IMG/VR virus record: IMGVR_UViG_3300037247_000810
Coordinates: 1-64,000 of that record
Origin: a virus
DNA length: 64,000 nt
Direction: 5' to 3' (one strand)
Shown here: one piece after another, positions 31,169-41,068 of the stretch
How the letters are laid out: every line of letters starts with the position of its first letter
How positions within the stretch are numbered: position 1 is the first letter of the stretch
Made by a program: the position numbers and the translations under genes
Notes under the pieces: generated by a model
The model's input: the letters and a program-made list of their open reading frames with translations, nothing else
Told to the model about the DNA's origin: nothing
The model's database searches: none

Positions 31169-31894
31169 TTACCTTCCAACCCCAATCTTCAGGCGCTGTG
31201 ATGTGATAGCGGCGACCGCCGCACCGGGCGGCATAATGAGCGAAGGCGGCGGCGGAAGGAGAACGCGAGGATGATCTCCCACAGTGCTTCCGGTATTTGT
31301 TAGGGACACACCGCCAACCACGTCCAGAATCTCACGGACGAGTGGAGCGTAAAAGACGAGATTCTGCGGGCGCACCAGCAGCGGGGAATAACCCGCCGCG
31401 AGAACAGCGACCTCGGCGTCCGTTAGGGCCACATCCCAGATACCTACTTCGGCAACGCGGCCGCTCGTGCCACCAGATACGCCGATTCCTAGCTGCACTC
31501 CAATTGCTGTTTGGTCGAGACTAGCAGGTGTAACGCTTGTGGCATTCGTTCCCTTACCCCCCCCGTCAATGAATACAGCGCGTGAATCTACAGCGTCAAA
31601 AACAGCGGCGGCATGATGCCATGTGTTAGCCGAATATCCAGATGAAGTTGCCGCAGCAGCAAATGCAATACCATCCTCCGTGAGACATCCAACAGGGTCT
31701 CCCCCAACGCCTCCACGGGCCATTAATACAAAGTAATGGGCATCATTATCTGACCTACCAATATTAACAAGCACTTGCTCCGCAGTTAGGTCATCACTGT
31801 TGAACCGACAGGCCATCGTGATTGGCACGCCGGAGAGCACAGCCGAAGCAGCCGAGATATAGTGGGGAACGGCGTCGTCAAAGAGCCTAGCCAC
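31169..31894 (-). CDS. LamG/concanavalin A-like virion protein
   Basis: NTWHHAAAVFD...VFIDG...GRVAEVGIWDVALTDAEV. Confidence 0.8.
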   Translation of the reverse strand: MARLFDDAVPHYISAASAVLSGVPITMACRFNSDDLTAEQVLVNIGRSDNDAHYFVLMARGGVGGDPVGCLTEDGIAFAAAATSSGYSANTWHHAAAVFDAVDSRAVFIDGGGKGTNATSVTPASLDQTAIGVQLGIGVSGGTSGRVAEVGIWDVALTDAEVAVLAAGYSPLLVRPQNLVFYAPLVREILDVVGGVSLTNTGSTVGDHPRVLLPPPPSLIMPPGAAVAAITSQRLKIGVGR

Positions 31895-31896
31895 GG

Positions 31897-32391
31897 CTAC
31901 GTCTCCCGGATTTCCACACGGAGGAGTTGGGCATCGGCGTCGAGATCATCAGCGCCATTGTCAGCATCACGTCGAATCTTCAACCGGAAGGACTCACCGG
32001 CCGCCACGCTATCCATTTCAACACCGTCCGTGAAGGCAATATCGTCGTAACTGACCTCCCCATCAACAGAAGGTGCTGTAGCAGTTACGGACTGGACGGC
32101 CGCGAAGCCGTCACCGTCCAGGTCGAAGGCGTCGTCCTCGTGGCGCTCAAACTGAGCATCCCAGACTACCTCGTTTACGACAACGCCATCCGCCAGCCAA
32201 ACCAACATGACAGTCACGCCACCGCCGCCATAGTGACGCGGCAACACCCCAGGGAACACGGCCTCCTCGTCCGCATCCTTATCGAAGTCTAGGACAGGAT
32301 GGGAGTTCCGCGTGTCGAGGGTCGCGTAGTTTGCGGCCGGAGGATCGTTATTCTTGGACTCAAAGACGCAAAGAGAATCGCCAGAGGCCAT
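31897..32391 (-). CDS. putative virion protein
   Basis: Acidic beta-rich ORF in late operon. Confidence 0.55.
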   Translation of the reverse strand: MASGDSLCVFESKNNDPPAANYATLDTRNSHPVLDFDKDADEEAVFPGVLPRHYGGGGVTVMLVWLADGVVVNEVVWDAQFERHEDDAFDLDGDGFAAVQSVTATAPSVDGEVSYDDIAFTDGVEMDSVAAGESFRLKIRRDADNGADDLDADAQLLRVEIRET

Positions 32392-32601
32392 CTAAATCCA
32401 CCCCCTCCAGCCACAGTCGCCACAAATGGCCCGCGCAAGCTCCTTTAGCTGCGGGTGCTTCTTGCGGGGCTCATTCCACATCATCTCCCCATCGCACCAC
32501 GTTTCCGTGCAGGCCACGCCAGTTGGCGTAGCGGGCTTCCGCGCGGCCGTTTCCCGCACGGTCTTCTTGGCCTGTTCCTCTGTGTAGTCCTTCAGAGCCA
32601 T
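32392..32601 (-). CDS. small zinc-ribbon protein
   Basis: CTETWC...CGDCGW; AGGAG RBS. Confidence 0.6.
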   Translation of the reverse strand: MALKDYTEEQAKKTVRETAARKPATPTGVACTETWCDGEMMWNEPRKKHPQLKELARAICGDCGWRGWI

Positions 32602-32611
32602 TAGATTACTC

Positions 32612-34216
32612 CTAGTCATCCATCACAGTAAACGACACACCGCCGTGTACCTGAATGGCTGCACTGAGTTCCATGTTAAAGGTCTGGGCCGCGCTGCCCA
32701 CGAAGAGCGGTACGAGACCACCAGCAGGCCAGGTGTATCCCTCACGCTCTTGGAGGGGCACCTGTCCAGTGAGGGCGGTGCCGCCCGCGCCATCCTCGAA
32801 GCGGACATCGACTGTCCCGTCCGAGATGACGAAAAGCGACCAGACCGCGATACGCTTACCTGCGGGCTGAGCACCGATGATACTGTTGTCACCGGCGGCA
32901 CCGGCGTTGATGGCCATGTACTGGGGCTCGAAGTCACCCCGCACTCGCAGATAGCCATTTCGGTCGAAGAGAGCATCCACGCGGTCGTTGTCGGCGACCT
33001 CTTCCGGTTGGGCTTCCGGCTCTTGCGCGCGACCACCAATCTTCATCGGAGCGCCGTCATCGGCAGTGCCGTGTTCGACGGTTCCTGTCACGTACAGCGC
33101 ACCATCTGCGTCAACCTGAAGAGGAGCTAGTTCATTATCAGTGTCGGCCAACGCAGCAAGAATATCGTTCCTTACTGCCGCCATTACCAGCCCGCTGCTG
33201 GCAGCCTCTGTGTAGGTCGCGGTTCCGAGCACGGCAACGGTATTGTCTAGTAGTTGCAGAGCGGCGAGCATCGCGTCGGAGTTGAAGTCCTGCGTCCAGA
33301 GCGCACCTTCTTCAGTCCCCCGCAAGTTTGTCCAATCAGCCTCGGCCTCCGCGACAGTTGTGATAATGTCATCACGCTCGACAACGATGGCCTTGCCCAC
33401 CGGGTCGGCTGGTACAACCGCATTCACCGTGTACTCAACACCCCCGCCGATGCCCACGGAGTCCGCCTCAATAGTAATCTTGAGGTAGCCAGAAGCATCC
33501 TGCTGAAGTGGATGGGCGTCAGCGCCGTCATCGCCAGCTACCACCATGAATACGCCAGGAAGGGCGGCACCCTCGGCAGCGGTGGCGGGCATACGGGTGA
33601 CATCGACCTGAAGGCCGTTGGCGATGCTAGAGACCAGTCTATCCCAGAAGCCCCCATTCCACCCCAGTAGAGCGGCACCGACGGTTGGCGTCGTCGGATT
33701 ACCCGCACCGTCCGCTAGAGCGGCCGCCGCCGGAAGCTCGGTGGTAACATCGTTGTTGTCACCAAGGTTGACTAGAAGGCCATCAGCCGATGTACCACGG
33801 AGCATATCCCATGTCCCGCCATCATACATCATGCCGAATGAGGCAACGGCCGGAGCGTCTGGGGTAACAAAGTCGTCAGAAATACCAATCGCAGCACCGA
33901 GTTCGGTATCCACCAGAAGGCCGTCAGCCGCCGTCCCACGCGCACGATCCCACGTCCCGCCGTCGTAGAGCATCAAGTTCGAGAGCACTTGAGGCACGGT
34001 CGGGTTGCCCATATTATCGGCTGCGAGGATTGCTGGAGCCAACTCCGTGTCCACGGCCATAGCGCCGCCCACACCTCGAACGCGATCCCAATTATCACCG
34101 ATGTTATCGTAGATGTACTGGTGGGCGAGCACCTGCGCGCCGTCGAGGTCAACATCGAGATTGTCGACGTTAAGCTCTACTTGCGTTGCGGGTTCCGGCA
34201 GACGTACTGTAGCCAT
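32612..34216 (-). CDS. repeat-containing virion/fibre protein
   Basis: Four (Y/W)(D/N)...WD(R/M) repeats. Confidence 0.6.
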   Translation of the reverse strand: MATVRLPEPATQVELNVDNLDVDLDGAQVLAHQYIYDNIGDNWDRVRGVGGAMAVDTELAPAILAADNMGNPTVPQVLSNLMLYDGGTWDRARGTAADGLLVDTELGAAIGISDDFVTPDAPAVASFGMMYDGGTWDMLRGTSADGLLVNLGDNNDVTTELPAAAALADGAGNPTTPTVGAALLGWNGGFWDRLVSSIANGLQVDVTRMPATAAEGAALPGVFMVVAGDDGADAHPLQQDASGYLKITIEADSVGIGGGVEYTVNAVVPADPVGKAIVVERDDIITTVAEAEADWTNLRGTEEGALWTQDFNSDAMLAALQLLDNTVAVLGTATYTEAASSGLVMAAVRNDILAALADTDNELAPLQVDADGALYVTGTVEHGTADDGAPMKIGGRAQEPEAQPEEVADNDRVDALFDRNGYLRVRGDFEPQYMAINAGAAGDNSIIGAQPAGKRIAVWSLFVISDGTVDVRFEDGAGGTALTGQVPLQEREGYTWPAGGLVPLFVGSAAQTFNMELSAAIQVHGGVSFTVMDD

Positions 34217-34228
34217 TATTCATTCCCT

Positions 34229-34939
34229 CTAATTCTGGAGCGACACTCGCGCACTGTAGTTGTAGGTCGGGGCCGTCGCACCAACAACCGCGACTCGCAG
34301 CCGCAAGCGGTCGCCGAGCGGGGCCGCCAGGATCGTGTCATCGGTAAGGGCTTCATCCAAGTCGTCCAAGATGACGGGCGAAGTATCCGTTGAACCAAGA
34401 ACCACCACGGCCGCCGGTGTGGTGCCGTTGTCGGCCAGAACATAGGTGACATTCGCCACCGTAATCCAGTCCACGTCCTGGATGAAGATGTCGGTAGCTG
34501 TTGTGTGGTTCTGTACCGAGTCGCCCTTGTGGCCACGGCGTGCGCGAACGAAGTTCGCACCACCGAACGCGACTCCGACACCGACTACGAGCATCTGCTC
34601 CTGATCCACCCGGATGATGTCGCCGACAACAAACTGCGTGCCGTCCGTCGTCTCCAGGTTTAGCTCGGTCTCGTGCTCGATGCCTGCATCCGGCCATACG
34701 CCCACAGTGTTCGCCGTGGAATCGACGAAATCGCCCGCGCCATAGGCGGTCTCCAGAAGGAATCGCACACGATCATCGCCCGCGTCCATAACAAGGGCTG
34801 CCTCCTGCATAATGTGGACGATGGCACGGCGGTGGCCTTCGAGGTCGAAGAGAGGTAAGGGCCTATCAGCGGCAGTCAGTGCGCCGGATGTTGCCCGCAG
34901 TACGATTCCGTGACGTGCCTTGAGCGTTTGGGTGGGCAT
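34229..34939 (-). CDS. putative virion protein
   Basis: Shares VGD(I/V)I.V..E.M domain with the connector insertion. Confidence 0.55.
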   Translation of the reverse strand: MPTQTLKARHGIVLRATSGALTAADRPLPLFDLEGHRRAIVHIMQEAALVMDAGDDRVRFLLETAYGAGDFVDSTANTVGVWPDAGIEHETELNLETTDGTQFVVGDIIRVDQEQMLVVGVGVAFGGANFVRARRGHKGDSVQNHTTATDIFIQDVDWITVANVTYVLADNGTTPAAVVVLGSTDTSPVILDDLDEALTDDTILAAPLGDRLRLRVAVVGATAPTYNYSARVSLQN

Positions 34940-35052
34940 GGTTTACTCCTGAAATTACAACAGCGGCGGTAGAAGGCTCCGTCTACCTTCCCCCGCCGCT
35001 ATGATGCGTCGTTAGGCTATTGGAACCTACGGCGACGGGGCCACACTCACGG

Positions 35053-35421
35053 TTAGTGAGCCGGTGCGAGGAGCGCCACGTCGTACTCGTCGCCCTCCCA
35101 AGCGTCCTCGTTCTCCTGGGCGGTCGGGCCTGGCCCGGCGACCTGCGCAAGCTCGCCTCGCATGATGTGCGCCTTCGTCGACAAGTCCATGATGACGCTG
35201 GAAACCACCGGCGCGCAGCGATCACCGTTAGCGTCCACCAGAAGCTCGGCCCAGCGCGTGCGTGCGTTAGCACTCTCCTGCGCCTGGAACAGAGCCTCGA
35301 TGAGCGCACTGAAGAGAGCCGCGACAACGGCCTCTTGGGCATCGCCCGCGAAGGCGGCCGTGGTCTCCCACGCAGTGATGACAGTGTCGACCTCGCCCTC
35401 ACCTGTCCATGTAAGTCCCAT
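35053..35421 (-). CDS. hypothetical protein
   Basis: AGGAGG RBS. Confidence 0.6.
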   Translation of the reverse strand: MGLTWTGEGEVDTVITAWETTAAFAGDAQEAVVAALFSALIEALFQAQESANARTRWAELLVDANGDRCAPVVSSVIMDLSTKAHIMRGELAQVAGPGPTAQENEDAWEGDEYDVALLAPAH

Positions 35422-35482
35422 TTTGTGTGCCTCCTGTTCGTTTGGCGGGTCGGGCCAATTGCCCGCCCCAGATTACCCTATG

Positions 35483-35701
35483 TTATTCGGGCTCGTGCGG
35501 TGGGTTGTTTCCTACCCATTCCGTGAGCGTTTCACCAAGTGTTTCCAGCAACTCCTCAAGCTCCTCCACAGTGTAGAGGCCCAAGTCGTGTGACTTGCGC
35601 AACTCCTGCATCTGCGGAATCTCCGGCGGCGTCCCTGCGGGGTCTACGATGCCAGTAGCACGGATGTAGAAGTCCACGTGTGGGTCAACGTACCGTGCCA
35701 T
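35483..35701 (-). CDS. hypothetical protein
   Basis: Coupled ORF. Confidence 0.55.
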   Translation of the reverse strand: MARYVDPHVDFYIRATGIVDPAGTPPEIPQMQELRKSHDLGLYTVEELEELLETLGETLTEWVGNNPPHEPE

Positions 35702-35703
35702 CC

Positions 35704-36045
35704 TTAGACCTCTTCCTCTTCCTCTTCCTCCTCCGGGCAGAACTTCTCGTACAAGTTAAGCTGCTGGAGCGTCAACGTCTTGCTGACGCTTGCCTTCTTT
35801 AGCTGCTCCACGATGATGCGCAGAGCAGCGGGCTTGAACTCGAATTCCTTGGTCTGTGGAGCCTCCGTATTCCACTTGATCTGGCCATTCTCCGTGGCTT
35901 CGAATTTCAACTCCTCGGATTCCTCATCGGAGAAGCCAAGCTCCGCTTGCAAGTCTCGAACGATCCGCAGCGTCACTACGTCCGCTGCGATTGGCCCTAG
36001 CAGCATCCCTAGCATGAGCCGTTCGCCGATTGTCAACTCCATCAT
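35704..36045 (-). CDS. hypothetical protein (possible fibre chaperone)
   Basis: GGAGGAG RBS; follows fibre-like gene. Confidence 0.55.
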   Translation of the reverse strand: MMELTIGERLMLGMLLGPIAADVVTLRIVRDLQAELGFSDEESEELKFEATENGQIKWNTEAPQTKEFEFKPAALRIIVEQLKKASVSKTLTLQQLNLYEKFCPEEEEEEEEV

Positions 36046-36103
36046 CTGACTACTCCTCCCTTTAAGCGACGCGAACGTCGCTCTCCCTCTTACCCTATGT
36101 CAT

Positions 36104-37309
36104 TTATCCCTTCACCGCGTACAGCGGAAGATAGCGCACGGTCGATCCAATTAGCACTTTAATCCAACCCGCGTTGGCGGTGCTGCTAATGTCGTTAAGG
36201 TCGCTACCATTGGTAAGACTTGCTGGCTCGCCGATGTCATCGGCAATCTCGTACAGATAGTGTGCCCCAGCAGCGCCCGACACCTTCAGGTAGAAGACCG
36301 CCCGAAGCCTACCGCTGGCGATTTCAAGATTGAAGATGGACGAGTTCTCCGCGCTGACATCAACGGTGTTCACCTGAACGCTGAGCATGATGGCTGCAAC
36401 CACGCCGCCGGGGTTGAAGGTTGAGCCCGTGTTGATAGTGGTCTTGGCGTACAGCGCGAAGATACCGATGGTCGGTGCCCCCGCCGCCGTAAGAACCGTT
36501 GCACCGCTGGCCACAGAAGCGGAAAATTGAGCGCCCCACAGGGTCTTGCACGAAGCGCCGTTCGACATATCCATGAAGATACCAATGCCCAGAATCTCAG
36601 CCACTCCGATGGTGTCAAGCTGGAGGAAGAGGGGATAGCACACGGCGGGCGTGTTCTCGATTGTCCCCTGGAAGGCAACCCAACCAGAGGTGCGCGTTGG
36701 CGCGAGACCAACACCGCGAATGACGTTCGTGTCCGCAGGCAATACGAGAGTATCAAAGAGGATCGGAGTGGCGGTGAACGTGCCAGCCAGGTTCAGAGCG
36801 ACTGCCGTTAGCGTAACGCAGACATTTCCCACATCGAAAAGGGCGCTCTGCCCAGCGGCACCGAGGAACACCTGGAGATCGATGTCGTCCGTGCCGTCAC
36901 CGATTTCAATTGCTCCCGTGTCATTGTTAAGGGGCATGATGTTCAGCGAGTTGCCGTCCCACGTCATCGTCACGTCGGCGTCATCACCGAACTCAAGGAT
37001 GTCGGTGTCCATGAGGCGTAGGTCAGTCTGCTCAAAGATCACGCGCGCCACGTTATTGTCAAACAGCACCGAAGCGGCTGCCGCGCCCATGACCACACGG
37101 AAGTCCATGTCCAGCGTACCGTTACCGATACGGACTTCGCCCACGTTATCGGTCGCAGGCAGGAACTCCAACACCGAGTCAGTGGAGTTCCAGCGGACAA
37201 TAACGTCGGTGCCGCCACCGAATTCAAGGTCTTCGTCATCCAGCCATTGGACTTCGGCAGGGCCAGTACCCATTCCTGGGTAATACTTTCGTCCTCCTAC
37301 GTGGGTCAT
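36104..37309 (-). CDS. fibre-like virion protein
   Basis: Internal repeats (LEFG..TDV...W / LEFGDDADV..W); C-terminal GWIKVLIGSTVRYLPLY. Confidence 0.6.
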   Translation of the reverse strand: MTHVGGRKYYPGMGTGPAEVQWLDDEDLEFGGGTDVIVRWNSTDSVLEFLPATDNVGEVRIGNGTLDMDFRVVMGAAAASVLFDNNVARVIFEQTDLRLMDTDILEFGDDADVTMTWDGNSLNIMPLNNDTGAIEIGDGTDDIDLQVFLGAAGQSALFDVGNVCVTLTAVALNLAGTFTATPILFDTLVLPADTNVIRGVGLAPTRTSGWVAFQGTIENTPAVCYPLFLQLDTIGVAEILGIGIFMDMSNGASCKTLWGAQFSASVASGATVLTAAGAPTIGIFALYAKTTINTGSTFNPGGVVAAIMLSVQVNTVDVSAENSSIFNLEIASGRLRAVFYLKVSGAAGAHYLYEIADDIGEPASLTNGSDLNDISSTANAGWIKVLIGSTVRYLPLYAVKG

Positions 37310-37333
37310 GTCGTTTCTCCTTCAATCAGCGGC

Positions 37334-37903
37334 TTAGGTAAAGGCCGCCATGTCGACGATGTGATAGTAAACTCGGACGCTCAGCGAGTTCAACACATCA
37401 CCGGCTCCGAAGTTCGCGTTGTCGTTGTTCAGTTGGACGGCCGTATTCACTACCGGTGTCACTACCATCGGCCCATCATCCACGTAATCGTATGGGCTGC
37501 CGTAGAACCGCTCAACGGTGGTAGCATTACCATTATCGACAACGCCCGTCATCTCCATTTCGAATCCTGCCGAGCCGTCCGCACCGCCCGCGTAGATCAG
37601 GGTCAAGTTGTCATCGGCCTCCGTGTAGTCCGTACCGGCCAAGTCCCAGAACGTGAACACTGCGTCGACGACAATGGCGCGGAGCGCGCCTGGCGCAGCC
37701 ACCAATTGGATTGGCGTACCGGCCAAGGCAAGGATTTCCGCATTGGTCAACTGCACATCGACGAAGCTGCCGCCAATGCGCTCGTTAAGGCCCTGCGGAT
37801 CGACCGCCGGGTCGTCACCATCAACCTCTGGCTGGGTGAACACCATGCCCGGACTGCCGTACCGGAATGGGAAATACTTAGATGCTGGTTGTCGAGCAGG
37901 CAT
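37334..37903 (-). CDS. putative virion protein
   Basis: AAGGAG RBS; beta-rich. Confidence 0.55.
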   Translation of the reverse strand: MPARQPASKYFPFRYGSPGMVFTQPEVDGDDPAVDPQGLNERIGGSFVDVQLTNAEILALAGTPIQLVAAPGALRAIVVDAVFTFWDLAGTDYTEADDNLTLIYAGGADGSAGFEMEMTGVVDNGNATTVERFYGSPYDYVDDGPMVVTPVVNTAVQLNNDNANFGAGDVLNSLSVRVYYHIVDMAAFT

Positions 37904-37915
37904 TACAAATGCTCC

Positions 37916-38155
37916 TTATCGTCCGAAGTGCGCAGTTCGCAGTAGGCCCAATGCCTGCTCCACGACTTGGCTCTCCATCTGCTTGTTGGCCACCTTGTTC
38001 ACCCATTCCTGAAACGTCAGGTCAGGGTACGCATCGGCCGTGACGAACTTCGCCAGATAATCCGGCACCAGCATCGGGCCGTCGCGGAAGGTCACGATAT
38101 GCCCTTCCTGCGACGTCACACTAGGATGGATGCGTGCTGGCTGTCGTCCGGTCAC
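37916..38155 (-). CDS. hypothetical protein
   Basis: ORF after late motif. Confidence 0.5.
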   Translation of the reverse strand: MTGRQPARIHPSVTSQEGHIVTFRDGPMLVPDYLAKFVTADAYPDLTFQEWVNKVANKQMESQVVEQALGLLRTAHFGR

Positions 38156-38189
38156 ACCCTCAGCTTACGACGGCCAGGGTGGCGGCGCA

Positions 38190-38206
38190 ACGGTTTGGGC
38201 CACTTC
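38190..38206 (-). promoter_or_regulatory. late-region motif GAAGTGGCCCAAACCGT
   Basis: Intergenic copy. Confidence 0.55.
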
Positions 38207-38215
38207 GGATCGGGG

Positions 38216-38395
38216 TTAGTCAGCCTCGACGTGCTCGGCGATCTTGTCCGCCAGCCCCTTTTTGATCTCACGGGCGGCGGTCGCTTTCAATGCGTCCACG
38301 ATCCGCGTCTTCTGGCGCGGTGACGGGGTGGCGGCCCGGCGGAGTTGCCGGGCGCTGAGTGTGCGACGGTTAGCGTATGGATTATGTCGGCGCAT
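38216..38395 (-). CDS. 59-aa basic hypothetical protein
   Basis: MRRHNPYANRR...HVEAD, with RBS. Confidence 0.5.
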   Translation of the reverse strand: MRRHNPYANRRTLSARQLRRAATPSPRQKTRIVDALKATAAREIKKGLADKIAEHVEAD

Positions 38396-38407
38396 ATTCT
38401 TCTCCCT

Positions 38408-39874
38408 CTACCCGAAGCTCGGCTCCGCGAGACTCCGTGCGTCATCGCATTGCCTGACTGCATAGCGAGTTGCGTCCATCAAGTGATTATGCCTATCCAT
38501 CGGCACCTCGCCGATGGCCTCGCCGAACTCGTCGAATGGGTAAATGTATTGGCCCTGCTCGAACGCCCAGTGGATGAGATTATTGAAGGGGAGCAGGTGG
38601 GCAGACTTCAGCAATGAGCCGACTTCGATCAGACCGGCGAGTTTGGCGTCGGCCGCGTAGACCTGGGCCTCGGTAAACCGTGCCTGCACATCATACAAGG
38701 TCTCCTTCTTGGACGGGTCGACGAAGATGCGGCCGATGTTCTCACGCTCCTCCGTGGCCACGAACGCGCCCTCGTCCTCATCCCATTTCTCGACCATCGA
38801 CATCGCGTAGATCGCGTCCAACATCTCATGCGGTGAGCGCCAGCGTTGATCGGGCGAGGTGATGTCCGGTGTGCAGGCCAGATAGAATTCTCGGTAGACG
38901 TACCAGACCTCCGGCTCGAACGGGTCGTAGGTAAGCCAGACGGCCGCGAACTTGTCCTTGCCGCCGTGCGTCGGGTCGACGCCGATGAAGCGTGGCCAGT
39001 GCGCCGGAATCTCGACTGGATCGATGTACGTCACGTCTGGGTAGACCTGACCCTGCGGCTTCTCGAACTCCGCATTGTACATCATGTTGAAGTACCAACG
39101 CGGGAGCAGCCGTGCCAGGCGCGCCTCCTCCTCCAACGAGAAATATGGGTTGACGATGGAAGGGAAACGAACGACCAGGGTATCCTCATCCTCGCCCTTC
39201 TCGGCCTTCTTGATGATCTCCGTCAGCCACGACGCGCCAGCCATATAGGGCGTGGTAGTGACCAGGAGGCGGCCTTCGCCGTGGAGTCGCTGTTGGGTGA
39301 TGAGGTAGATCGCAGGGTCGCGCACCTGTCCGCCCTCATCGATCCAGGCAGCCTCCAGCCGCGCTCCTTGCAGGCGGTGGCGGCGTTCGGCGGAGCCCGC
39401 ATAGATTTGCACATTGTAGCCAACGGGCCGGAGGTCAATCCGCAAGTCCTGCTTGTTGAGGATTGTCTCCTCAGAGCAGCCGAACTTCGCGCAGAGGAAC
39501 CGCACCATGCGGGCAATCCCGACCGTGGCCTGGCGCATCATCTGGAGCGTCGGCCCCACGATGCCGAACAGGTATTCGGTGCCGGGTGGGCCTTCGTCAA
39601 CCTTCTTCTGAATCTCCCGCCAGAGCCAGTGGGGGCCAACGTGCGACTTGCCGCCCTGAGACCCCGCCAAGAGGATTGTGTTTAGGGTCTCCCTATCATA
39701 CCAGACAGGCTTCTGACCCCAGTGCGGGGTAAAAGTTGCGGCCATAGGGCCAACCTTCTTGACATCGCCCAGTACACGGCGTGGGCGACGCACCTCGACG
39801 ACGTTGCCCGTGACCTTGTACGCGGTCGTGGGCAGTCGAAGGTTGCCGTTGGCGGTGGAGATGTAAGTGGTCAT
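38408..39874 (-). CDS. terL: terminase large subunit
   Basis: GSQGGKS Walker A, WIDEG Walker B, TTTP motif C, FIGVDP and NHLMDATRY nuclease motifs. Confidence 0.92.
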   Translation of the reverse strand: MTTYISTANGNLRLPTTAYKVTGNVVEVRRPRRVLGDVKKVGPMAATFTPHWGQKPVWYDRETLNTILLAGSQGGKSHVGPHWLWREIQKKVDEGPPGTEYLFGIVGPTLQMMRQATVGIARMVRFLCAKFGCSEETILNKQDLRIDLRPVGYNVQIYAGSAERRHRLQGARLEAAWIDEGGQVRDPAIYLITQQRLHGEGRLLVTTTPYMAGASWLTEIIKKAEKGEDEDTLVVRFPSIVNPYFSLEEEARLARLLPRWYFNMMYNAEFEKPQGQVYPDVTYIDPVEIPAHWPRFIGVDPTHGGKDKFAAVWLTYDPFEPEVWYVYREFYLACTPDITSPDQRWRSPHEMLDAIYAMSMVEKWDEDEGAFVATEERENIGRIFVDPSKKETLYDVQARFTEAQVYAADAKLAGLIEVGSLLKSAHLLPFNNLIHWAFEQGQYIYPFDEFGEAIGEVPMDRHNHLMDATRYAVRQCDDARSLAEPSFG

Positions 39875-39946
39875 ACCGATCAAGTTTCTTATCCTTGATC
39901 AATTGTAACCGCTGGCCTCCTAGCGGTCTAGGATTTGGGCCACTTC

Positions 39947-40180
39947 TCATTCGGACGGGGTGCGGGTGCCAAACAGCGCGCCGACCACGATGCCGAATGT
40001 GGTCGTGATCGATCCCAAGACGACGGGCAGCAAGTCCTTGATGACGCCGCCATCCTCCAAGCCCAGGTACGTGAACAGCGCGTGTAGGCCCAGCAGCGAA
40101 GCCGCCAGGAACAGAACGCCGCCGAAGGCCCCGAATGCGATGGTGCGTGCCGTCAACGTCAGTGGTTGTCCGTTAGCCAT
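39947..40180 (-). CDS. two-TM membrane protein, holin-like
   Basis: Two hydrophobic helices. Confidence 0.45.
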   Translation of the reverse strand: MANGQPLTLTARTIAFGAFGGVLFLAASLLGLHALFTYLGLEDGGVIKDLLPVVLGSITTTFGIVVGALFGTRTPSE

Positions 40181-40382
40181 TGTCTTCCCCCTTCTCAATA
40201 GTGATGCCGCCCTCCTGCTGGAGTACGATCACGTCGCCTTCCTGGAGGTGCAAGCTCAAAGTACTCATGGGTGGCACCGTGTCGGGTGCCGCACTGAGAC
40301 TCGCCGTTGTCACCTCGACTGGGCGATCCGTGATCGTGAACGGCACGGGTTGGATACGGTCGTTCCTAATCGTGATCTTCAT
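40173..40382 (-). CDS. hypothetical protein
   Basis: GGAGGAGG RBS. Confidence 0.5.
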   Translation of the reverse strand: MKITIRNDRIQPVPFTITDRPVEVTTASLSAAPDTVPPMSTLSLHLQEGDVIVLQQEGGITIEKGEDNG

Positions 40383-41001
40383 CAGCCTCGAATACCTCCT
40401 CCCATTTGGGATCATCCCCATTTTCGCCAGCCGGGGCCTTCTCCTCGTCCTCCGACTGCTTTTCTGGTTCTACGGGCGGCTGCTTGGTGCTCCCGCGCCC
40501 AGCGCGGACGAGTCGGATACCTTCCGCCTCGGCGATGGCCCGGTTCCACCCGTCGATGGCATCCAGCAGTGACTTGTGATGGGCCGCGCCCACCTCATCC
40601 AGCGTAATCCAAGTCGCGTCAATGAGCCGATGAAGGCGCTGGATGTACTCGTCACGGGCCGCCTCCGAGCCTTTCTTCCCGCGCTCCTCCTTGACCTCCC
40701 TGATGATTACCCGAACAGTGTCGTGGACATTCCCCAGACCCTCAATGAGAATGCTGTATGGCGACTCTGGGTCGGCGAGTGCCATAAAGATTTCCTCGCT
40801 CAGATAGCCCGCCACAACCATCTCTCCAATTGCTTGGCCGCGCAACTTATTGAGCCCGCCGCGCCCTTTGTTAGAGAAGACCACGGCGGCAGCGGCGCGC
40901 TGGGCATCACTCAACCCGTCCTTGGAATCCCATAGCCCCTTGAGACGGCGTAGCTGATTGAGCCGAGCATAGGCACTAATCGGTAGGTGTGGCTTAGTCA
41001 T
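40366..41001 (-). CDS. candidate terminase small subunit
   Basis: Helical protein at the head of the late operon; position only. Confidence 0.4.
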   Translation of the reverse strand: MTKPHLPISAYARLNQLRRLKGLWDSKDGLSDAQRAAAAVVFSNKGRGGLNKLRGQAIGEMVVAGYLSEEIFMALADPESPYSILIEGLGNVHDTVRVIIREVKEERGKKGSEAARDEYIQRLHRLIDATWITLDEVGAAHHKSLLDAIDGWNRAIAEAEGIRLVRAGRGSTKQPPVEPEKQSEDEEKAPAGENGDDPKWEEVFEADEDHD

Positions 41002-41032
41002 ACACTGATAGCCTACCACAGTCGCAGGCGAG

Positions 41033-41062
41033 TTGACAAGGGCGGGCCAGAACAGGTACTAT
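41033..41062 (+). promoter_or_regulatory. sigma70-type promoter
   Basis: TTGACA-N18-TACTAT. Confidence 0.65.
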
Positions 41063-41068
41063 GGCCCT

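Noticed and set aside
2508-40935. Long plus-strand ORFs opposite replication and structural genes
   Set aside because: Antisense shadows of GC-rich coding sequence with no recognisable motifs
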